This document shows, one piece after another, positions 1-8,500 of a stretch of 49,291 bases of DNA. Below the pieces are notes generated by a model, which was not told the origin of the DNA, ran no database searches, and saw nothing but the letters and a program-made list of their open reading frames with translations. The number at the start of each line of letters is the position of its first letter. Position 1 is the first letter of the stretch. This DNA comes from a virus (lineage: Duplodnaviria > Heunggongvirae > Uroviricota > Caudoviricetes): positions 71,253 to 120,543 of the IMG/VR virus record IMGVR_UViG_3300016457_000036, one strand, 5' to 3'. The position numbers and the translations under genes are program-made.

Positions 1-3000
1 TATTCATAGGATCATCACCGTGTATCTTATTCATAATAGAATCAACAGGACTGAAATATCCTTTTAGAGGTGTATCTAGCCAATCAATGCCAAGTGCTTC
101 TCTAGTTGCTAAAAATAGACCTACACCTAGTGGATTTTTCTTAACGAATGTACCCATAGCAGACAGAGATCTTTCTAAGTATTTCGTAAACATAAGGAAG
201 CCGTTATCATTCGCCCACTTGATCCATTTATTATCGAGGTATGAATAGTTAACAAACATCTTATCTGTCTCACGAAGATCTACACCACCTTCTAGTAGCA
301 TCACACGGTTAGCAATATCGTTCAACTGTGTAAGCTTAACAAGCTTCTGATATGCCCATGACTTATTAGTAAGGAATAAGACATCTGTTACATTTTTAGT
401 GCCTTTAGGGAGCTTAGTAAATAGCTTATCTAACTGTGACGTAATAAGACCATCATCCTTATAAATATCAAAGTCAATATCCTCTAGGATAGAACTGTAC
501 TGCCCATCTTTAAATAGTGAATATGCTCTATTATCTTCTAACTCTCTTTTTAATGAGTCGATGCGATCTTGTGTCACATCTTCCCCCGCTTTTTGAGCTA
601 TTTCTAAACGAATAATCTCACGATTAGTCGCTTGGAAATCGTTTAATGCTTCCCATATACCTGTAAATTCTTTCATATATTTAAGTGGATTAGGCTGTCG
701 TAAACGGATCATAGTTACAATCATGTTCGATACTGTATTATTTTTAATCGTACTGAACATCTTAGTAACAATACTCTTTTTAGCTAGTCCTACAAGCTCT
801 GCCCACCCTTTACCAAGTATCTGTACAGTACGCTTAATACGAGGGCTGCTTTCAAAGATACCGAAATCAGTAACACTTGCATCTTTATATCCTGTAAAAT
901 CTACGAGTAAACTATTTGGAATAGCTATCGAAGCTTTACCTGTCATACGTTCTATTTCTTTACGCGCATAGTCAGGTATGATATTCCACTTATCAGCATA
1001 CTCGTACTCTTTACCTTTTAGACGCTCATTAGGATTAGTTGCACGTAATATCGTAAATTTATCCTCGTTACCGGCATAATTATTTTCAGCATACGCGATC
1101 ATATTATGTACAGAATTGATATTACTACGTATCGCTTCTTCTTTATGTGACAGGTTAGCTGATGTATTTGCAATAACGTGAGCAAGGTTATCATTAAGCC
1201 CTAAGTGTGCTTCTTGATCAGCATAACTAACCTTGATACGATAATCCTTTATCTCACCCGTTATACTTCGCTCAGGAGTCATAAAATTCTCTTCTGCGAC
1301 TATTGCATCGTACTTAGGCTTTTCTTTTGCCATACGTGTCATAACATCAACTATCTCTATCTGATCAAGACCTGCTTCAAAAAGTACGCGTCTAAATGAC
1401 ATACCCTCTGCACGGATCTGTACAGTATTGATAAGACCTTGAGTATATGCTGTTTCTAAATCTGTACCGGCCACTAGAACGTATTCTTCTCCGGTAGCTT
1501 CTTCAAGCGCTGTCAGTAAGCCTGATTTTTTATCCGCATTAATGACCTTCATACCACTTTTTTCTAACTGTACTAACTCTGACTTCTTAACGATATGCTG
1601 TACTTGAGCGGTATCTTTATGTTTAACATGAAAACCTTTTTCCTCTAAAATAGCTTGTGGTCCGACAAATACTTGATCACGCATAGTCTTACGGTCTGCA
1701 TAATACACATTCATACTATTTTGAATAACTCCTACATTTTTAGCGATGGCAGCTATAGTGTTCGTCCTATCTTCTAAACCTGTCTGAGTAAGAGCATATA
1801 AACTAGCTATTTTATCAATATCTGCTACAGCATCTTGTGTTTTGTAGTGCCGCTGAATTTCAGTAGCATTAATGAAACCATTTTTATCGGTATCTACTCC
1901 TGTAACAAGCTTCATGCCTAAACGCTTAGCCGCTAATACAACTTCTTTATCCATGCCTTTCGACAGCTTTTTAATCTCATTAAACGCTAAACTAGTATCC
2001 TCTAACATAGGTACTAAATCTTTAACATTTTTAGTAATAGAAGCATAGTCAATATTCAACAGAGCTTTTTTAAGTGACTGTACAATACTTTCATCGAGTT
2101 TATTTGTCTTAGGATCTTTTGCCATAAAAATACTAAGGCCTTCGTGATTATGCATATCACCTAATAACTTAACAACAGCCTCATGCTTTAATGTTTGAGT
2201 AGCTGAATCCACCTCATACTTAGACTGTCTGAACATGTCATAGAACCATGCTATCTCAGGATCGGCTGTATCACGTAATACTGCTGTAAAAATGTTATTT
2301 CTAATCAGCGTTTGCTTAATACCCATAGTAAGTTTTGAATCTGTAACTCTATCTACCCATGCTGAAAGAGAGTCTGTTTTTTCATTTACAAGAGAGACTT
2401 TACCACTATTTCTAACTTTCTTCTTTTTGCCTTCGGTCATTAGTTTCATAGCATTTACAGTCATCTCATCAGCTTTGTCATAGATCTTCTTAAACTTCCC
2501 ACTAGGCTCAGCAGGGAGTGAACTATTCTTTGAAGCTTGCGCAGATACTTGAAAGAGTTGCATTACAATATCATTCACAGCTTCTTTACCACTTTTATTG
2601 TCTGTCACAGCCGTTGTTACAATTTTATTGAATACTTCGATCATACGATTAACAAAATCTTTTAGTGAATAGCCTAAAGTCTTTTTAGTTCTTCCACGTG
2701 CATTTGTTGTTTTTTCGTTTTCAAATAATCCAAATGTATCATCCTTCTGCTTAACATTTTCAAGCATCTCTTGCATGTACATATTAGTAGATGCATACGC
2801 TAAGAACTCACTCTCAGGGTATGTAGGATTATGGAATACATACTCATAAAGCTTTTTAGCATATTCAACTTCATGACTTGTTGGAGTAGCTTTATCTGTT
2901 AAGAACATCTCATAAGGACGTTTACCGGCCTCTTTAGCTTCTTTACGAGCTTGTCTCTCTAACTTAGTAAGCTCTGCTTTCGTAAGTGGTCTACCCACCT

Positions 3001-5563
3001 TAGCTACTTCTGCTGTCTGCAATTCCGCATAGATAGTGTTAAGCTTAGCTTTCTCAATATATGCAGGAATTTGAGCCGCTGCTGTCTTACGTAATTTACG
3101 TATTTTAGTCTTCATCTTAGGATCAGCCGCAAGTGCTTTTTCGATCATAATGTGCTGTACTTCGTGTAAGAATAATTCTAATGGAGTAGAGAACGTCTGA
3201 TTACCTGTAAGATCGATACGAATATGTCTTGAGTTAAGCTCTGAATCTGCCTTAATAAAGGTATCTTCCCGCTTATTACTAGCATCTAAATAATCTTGCA
3301 TAGTCATCTGATCGGCTGTAATACCTAAATCTTTATACATTTTTATAATGTTTTTCGCCATTGTTTTAAGATGTTCACGATTAGTCTCATACGTTCCCGT
3401 TAAAGCGCCCTTCTCTTCGTGGTCTAACATCTCTTGGACAATATCAAGTAGTGAAGAGTCTAGTGAAAATGTAGCAGGATCTTCGTTGTACTTGATGTTC
3501 TCATCATAGTCACCTGTTTGAGCTTGCTGTGAACCACGTATAGAGTTATCGAACTTAGCTGTATACTTGCCATTGACTACATTTACAGTAGCTTCTGATA
3601 CTTCTCCATCTGTGACCTCTTTAACTGCATCAGGATTAGCTTTAGCATGTGCACCGGTCATAAATGGCTTAATACCATTGTCCTTATTCACATACTTAGT
3701 AATGTGGAAAGGTGTACCTGATGGTTGCTCTGTGAGTACTGTACCATCGGATAGTGTAACCTCTACTACATCGTATTCCATGTCGCTATCTTTGTATGTA
3801 CCGACCACTTTAACGCTAACTGTATCACCTTCTGTACCTGGTATCAATGGCCCATCGCTGAACTTACCTTCAGGCTTGAAGTTATAAGTGATATGTAGTC
3901 CATTATCGAGCTTGAACTCAGAGAACAATTTAATAGGGGCACCTTCTTGTAATGAACCACGTACATCAGCATTTTGAATAGCTGTTACAATATTTTTACG
4001 CTGTGTTTTATTTTTATCAGCCCATACTTCTTTACCTGATTTTTTACTATACAACACGTCATTCTCAGCATCATAGGCATACTCACCTTTGCCGTATACA
4101 ACACTTGGTAACGCATTAAGATTTACAGTAGTATCTACTTTAATAGCAGGTGAGTGTACAGGCGCAGGTCCGGCCATTTCTACAGCAGCATCAAGAGCTT
4201 CTCCGCCTTGCTCAGCAACAGGAGGGTTACTATACTGTCCATTTCCTACTACATAGTTAGTTGTATCAACAGTAGGCTCTGCAGTATCGTTTACAGTAGT
4301 TTCTTGAGGTTTCTCTACAACTGCTTCAACAATAGGAGCCTGTTCTTCATTACGATTTTTAATGAAATCACGAAGAACTTTTGCATGTGTCAGCTCTTTT
4401 TCCTCTTTGAAATAGATGATCTTCTTACCATCTAACTGACCTGCATTAATCGTTTCTAGTATCCACTCTCTACGAGCAGGTTCTACATCTTGATGTGCAG
4501 TACCTTCTAACCACTCTTTAAACATAACACTAACTTCTTCACCTGTACCCATAGCAGGTTGTGAAGCGCCTGTATTAAGCCCTGTGACACCAAACGGATT
4601 GCCATAGTGATAATCAGGGTTAAGTGTGTTATTAAACATTTCTGCGTCGAATACACGCATACCAAATACACCTGCACCAATATTATGAGCATTGGCTCTC
4701 TTCTGCTTAGCTTCTGCTGATTTACCCGGTATTACTAAGATGCCATCGCTATTACGCATTTCATCTGTGATCACATCTGTACTTCTTGCAATTTTACCGA
4801 ACTGAGCCTCGAACATATCACTAATCGCTTTTTTACCTGTATCAGTAATATTTCGAGAGCCTATACCCGCATAATTTTTAGTTAGGGTAGGTGATCCTTC
4901 TTTAATAGGCTTCCATGTGCTAGTCTTGTAGTTCCACTCATACCATTGATTAGTTTGACCATCGTCAAAAATGTAGATAGGTTTACCCGCATCTTTTCCC
5001 ATTTCAATAGCATATGCTGTTCCACCTGAGCCTGTATCTTCTGTTACTTGACTAGTATCACCAGGAGTATTAAAACGTCGAGCTGATTCACCTTTACGTG
5101 TAATAGGAGTAACTGCAAAAATTGCATCTGCATATTTTACTTGTGACCAATTACGAATGATAAGGCTATTTGTGACTGTACCTGTAGGAGTTGTGAGGCC
5201 TGAACGTCTTGCTGCTGCTGTAGCTTTAGACGCGCCTTCTCTGTAATCTGAACGAGTAATAGGTGTGTTTGCATTAGGAGGCTGTGACTCAAGATCTTGG
5301 TTAGTATCGTAATAGTGATTACTACGGAAACCAAATAAGGCTGCTATCTCTCCGAATACTGTATCGGCACCGATCGCTCCCCCACTCTGATTAACGAACT
5401 CTTTACCATCGCTACGATTATTCACCGCTGCTTGGTTTTGTTCTCTAACTATAGTAACATCTTTAAGCGCATCATCGAGCCATTGCTCATTATACACTTG
5501 ACCACTTTTTTCAATGTCCGAGAGAATACTCGCTCTTATCTTACCTAAGTCACATACAGCCAT
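1..5563 (-). CDS. vRNAP second subunit (3'-truncated by window edge, >=1854 aa): SLOG + DUF4326-like + 2H phosphoesterase + zincin + N4 vRNAP C-terminal domain
   Basis: Hand translation from ATG 5563 (AAGGA RBS; MAVCDLGKIRAS...) is open to base 2. Contains HEVQH...EFLAYASTN, IDKIASLYAL, FTGYKDASV, KLPKGTKNV and FVNYSYLDNKWIKWANDNGFLMFTKY, which resemble the C-terminal third of N4 gp50. Not in the ORF track because no stop lies inside the window. Confidence 0.9.
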   Translation of the reverse strand, partial: MAVCDLGKIRASILSDIEKSGQVYNEQWLDDALKDVTIVREQNQAAVNNRSDGKEFVNQSGGAIGADTVFGEIAALFGFRSNHYYDTNQDLESQPPNANTPITRSDYREGASKATAAARRSGLTTPTGTVTNSLIIRNWSQVKYADAIFAVTPITRKGESARRFNTPGDTSQVTEDTGSGGTAYAIEMGKDAGKPIYIFDDGQTNQWYEWNYKTSTWKPIKEGSPTLTKNYAGIGSRNITDTGKKAISDMFEAQFGKIARSTDVITDEMRNSDGILVIPGKSAEAKQKRANAHNIGAGVFGMRVFDAEMFNNTLNPDYHYGNPFGVTGLNTGASQPAMGTGEEVSVMFKEWLEGTAHQDVEPARREWILETINAGQLDGKKIIYFKEEKELTHAKVLRDFIKNRNEEQAPIVEAVVEKPQETTVNDTAEPTVDTTNYVVGNGQYSNPPVAEQGGEALDAAVEMAGPAPVHSPAIKVDTTVNLNALPSVVYGKGEYAYDAENDVLYSKKSGKEVWADKNKTQRKNIVTAIQNADVRGSLQEGAPIKLFSEFKLDNGLHITYNFKPEGKFSDGPLIPGTEGDTVSVKVVGTYKDSDMEYDVVEVTLSDGTVLTEQPSGTPFHITKYVNKDNGIKPFMTGAHAKANPDAVKEVTDGEVSEATVNVVNGKYTAKFDNSIRGSQQAQTGDYDENIKYNEDPATFSLDSSLLDIVQEMLDHEEKGALTGTYETNREHLKTMAKNIIKMYKDLGITADQMTMQDYLDASNKREDTFIKADSELNSRHIRIDLTGNQTFSTPLELFLHEVQHIMIEKALAADPKMKTKIRKLRKTAAAQIPAYIEKAKLNTIYAELQTAEVAKVGRPLTKAELTKLERQARKEAKEAGKRPYEMFLTDKATPTSHEVEYAKKLYEYVFHNPTYPESEFLAYASTNMYMQEMLENVKQKDDTFGLFENEKTTNARGRTKKTLGYSLKDFVNRMIEVFNKIVTTAVTDNKSGKEAVNDIVMQLFQVSAQASKNSSLPAEPSGKFKKIYDKADEMTVNAMKLMTEGKKKKVRNSGKVSLVNEKTDSLSAWVDRVTDSKLTMGIKQTLIRNNIFTAVLRDTADPEIAWFYDMFRQSKYEVDSATQTLKHEAVVKLLGDMHNHEGLSIFMAKDPKTNKLDESIVQSLKKALLNIDYASITKNVKDLVPMLEDTSLAFNEIKKLSKGMDKEVVLAAKRLGMKLVTGVDTDKNGFINATEIQRHYKTQDAVADIDKIASLYALTQTGLEDRTNTIAAIAKNVGVIQNSMNVYYADRKTMRDQVFVGPQAILEEKGFHVKHKDTAQVQHIVKKSELVQLEKSGMKVINADKKSGLLTALEEATGEEYVLVAGTDLETAYTQGLINTVQIRAEGMSFRRVLFEAGLDQIEIVDVMTRMAKEKPKYDAIVAEENFMTPERSITGEIKDYRIKVSYADQEAHLGLNDNLAHVIANTSANLSHKEEAIRSNINSVHNMIAYAENNYAGNEDKFTILRATNPNERLKGKEYEYADKWNIIPDYARKEIERMTGKASIAIPNSLLVDFTGYKDASVTDFGIFESSPRIKRTVQILGKGWAELVGLAKKSIVTKMFSTIKNNTVSNMIVTMIRLRQPNPLKYMKEFTGIWEALNDFQATNREIIRLEIAQKAGEDVTQDRIDSLKRELEDNRAYSLFKDGQYSSILEDIDFDIYKDDGLITSQLDKLFTKLPKGTKNVTDVLFLTNKSWAYQKLVKLTQLNDIANRVMLLEGGVDLRETDKMFVNYSYLDNKWIKWANDNGFLMFTKYLERSLSAMGTFVKKNPLGVGLFLATREALGIDWLDTPLKGYFSPVDSIMNKIHGDDPMN

Positions 5564-5572
5564 TACAGTCCT

Positions 5573-8500
5573 TTAACACGCATCATTCATGTAGTCTACT
5601 AATTGATCTTGGTAAGCAGTTACCTGTTCTTTAGAGAGATATTTATCTAAAGCTTTATTAATATGCACCACAGCATCATCTTCGGTTATTATATTGTACT
5701 CTATGTTAGCATCTGCTAAGTTCTTAGTGTTTTCAATAATCGTTGTAAGCACTTCTTTAATCTTGCTGTATACATACTTAGTATTCTTTTTAGTATCTTT
5801 TCCTACCCGGACACTAGGTACTGTATCGATCCCTTGTAAGTGGTTTACATCATACTCTTTATTCAAGTTTTCGCTACGCTGTTCATCCATTTCAGTAAGT
5901 ATGCTAAATACTTCATTTATGTCGAAATCTTTATTGATCCGTGATAGACCATCTGATAATTGCTGTGTAAGATTTTGCTCCGCTAAAAACTTTTTAAAGT
6001 CTTTTAATTCTCCATTAGCAATAAGCTCAGAAAGGCTATTCTCTGTTTTAGCTACAGCATTTCCCATAATATCATGAGTACGAGCTGTGTGCAGCACTCC
6101 TCCGTTATATTCACCGTGTGTTTTTACGATTTTATCCATATTAACACCCATGATGTATGCATCATAAATATTCTGAAAAGAGGCACTATCTGAGATACTC
6201 ATAAGGAACGCATCGATCTCGTGAATGTCAATAACACCATTAGCACCAATATTCATGCCTGGTACTTTGTTGTATGATGCCCCACTCTTACCTACACGAT
6301 TTTTAAATGGAATGGCACCGTCACGAAGAGCACCATCTACACCTACATAGTCTCCGGCTTCGTTGTCATACTTCATGTAGTCTTGATTAGCACCTTCATT
6401 AATACTCTGTGAAGTGTACCCATAACCTTGCTCACTTAGCTTTACAAGGATCTTGTTGAAGTCTTCTTTACTAATCTGTACAGTATCCGTACCGGCTTCT
6501 GCTTTGTACTTTTCTAATTCTTGTTTAAGCTTGTACTTAAAAACTGTAAAGTTTACTATCTCAACACTTTTTAGAGCCTCTCTAAATCTATTCAAGAAAG
6601 GGAAAGCCTTATTAAAAGCTTTTTCAATAATATCCCCATATGCATTAGATGTCTGCTTAGCGATACTCGCTTGCATCTCTTGAGATAGTACGAGATTATT
6701 TACAGTATGCATTATACGACCGTCTTCAGGCATCTCATCTTTAGTGCTATAGAAGTCAGTACCGCTCTTGTATGCTTTATACTCAATACCTTGTGCTAGT
6801 TGAGCATATAGATCCTCTAGTGATGGCGTAGTAGTGTTTGCAAACAAGTTTGTATACAGTCTATTGAACTCCTGCCCTTCAGTAGCTTCAGCATATTGTG
6901 AGTTATATGAACGAAGAATAGTAGTGAGCAAAATCTTTGCTTTTTCTCTTTCTACTTTCTGCTCTGCTGTCTCTCCTTGAGGCGCAGAACGCTCTTTCCC
7001 TTGTCCTCTAAAGTTAGGATAGGCTACCATGAATAAATCATGCATAGCCATACCTTTATACTGTCCTAAAGCATTACTGACTGTTTCTACACCGATAGTA
7101 ATACCGGCATTTTTCTTAATTGTGTTGATACTCGCACCATAGATGTAGTACATAACTAAGTACTTCATCAGATTACGCCAATTTTTATCTTTACCTTTAA
7201 TAACAAAAGCTTCTACTAGCTTCTCAATATTAGTTTTACCGTCATAACCATCTCCCGCTTTTTTAGCGTTTCTAATTGCAAGCTCTTCTGCAACGATTTC
7301 AGCAGGAGTACGATAAATATCAATTCCACCTTCATCTAAAAATTGTTGATGAGTTTTAAACTCACTATTTCCTTCACTATCCACAACATAGATACCACCT
7401 TTTTTAAGGTAGTCCATCGCTTCATTTGTACCAATTTGTAATAGTGTTAAGATCATACCTGATGTAACTGCATCCATCTCAATAACAAGACTGTGATCAA
7501 AAGCTTTACCTTCTGCACTCTCGAACTGTGCTAGAGCCGCTACGAGCTGATAAGCATGGAAACGCTCATTTGTCGGCAGGAAGCTGAGATCGATCTCTGT
7601 GCCTTCTTTATAAGCTTCTACGACAGGTTTAATAGGACTGTTCTCAGGATAAGTCACAGTACCATCATTCTCAAGCTTAAAGTATTTTTCTTCTAGCTCT
7701 TTAAATACACTTTCTGAAGTCTCTTTATCGATACCTAGACCTAGTGACTGAGAAGCTGCACCTTTAAACATAGTGATGTGATCAGCATCGTAGCCTTTAC
7801 CATCTTTAGCGACAGGCATTGTACTTTTCATATCTTCCATCTCAACAATAAAACGAGTGATCTTACTATTCTGTGGGTTCATCATCTGATTTTCTATCAT
7901 ATAACGACCTGACACAGTAACGTCCCACGCTAAGTAGAACGGAAGTGTGTCGCCATTCGGCTGATTTACTAACTGATACGTAGTGATCATGTTGTCAATA
8001 ATAAGCTTATTGGCTGCATTATTTTTTACGTCCGTTGCCTGCTTTAAATATGGCTTATTAAGTATCTGCTCTTCACTAACAAGGAGCATGTCATAAAACA
8101 CATCATTGATAGTGATATGATCCTTAGCCTCTGTATTCTTGTTGTTATACTCTACTCGCTCTTTTACTTCTGCAAAAAGTTTCTCGAACTCTGCTGTAAA
8201 TTTACGTGGTAGTTTTTGTTGGGCATTGATATAATCAACTTGGTTTTCTCCGGCAACTTCTATAGACTGTCCACGATAAGTCTTCTTACCATACTCTAAG
8301 TCAGCAGGAGGATCTAACTGTACTTGTGTTCTATCACCATCAATACCTAAATATTCATACGCAGAAGACACTTCAGTAATCAGTTGCACAGTCTTGTCGT
8401 TAAGGTTAGTATTCATTATTCTGAAATGTTTCCCATTTGCAGGCGCATCATCACGTACAGTTTGTACAATTTTACCATCGGCACTAGAATCAGAAATAGT

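Noticed and set aside
4507-5334. Short minus-strand ORFs 4507-4692 and 5137-5334 (likewise 13651-13833, 23843-24025, 26168-26401, 31499-31702, 36989-37198, 46272-46463)
   Set aside because: Alternative frames overlapping well-supported genes, with no independent signals.
1-5572. Apparent 5.5-kb non-coding gap in the ORF track
   Set aside because: It is one continuous minus-strand ORF running off the window edge, confirmed by hand translation.
5573-5575. Stop-codon reassignment as the cause of the in-frame TAA
   Set aside because: TAA and TAG end many tightly packed genes here and long ORFs read cleanly in the standard code; the downstream ORF has its own RBS and ATG.
5552-5578. Split intein or protein trans-splicing at the Cys junction
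   Set aside because: No intein block motifs: no N-terminal Cys-x-x-x-x-T start, no TxxH, no terminal His-Asn; the Cys positions do not fit intein chemistry.
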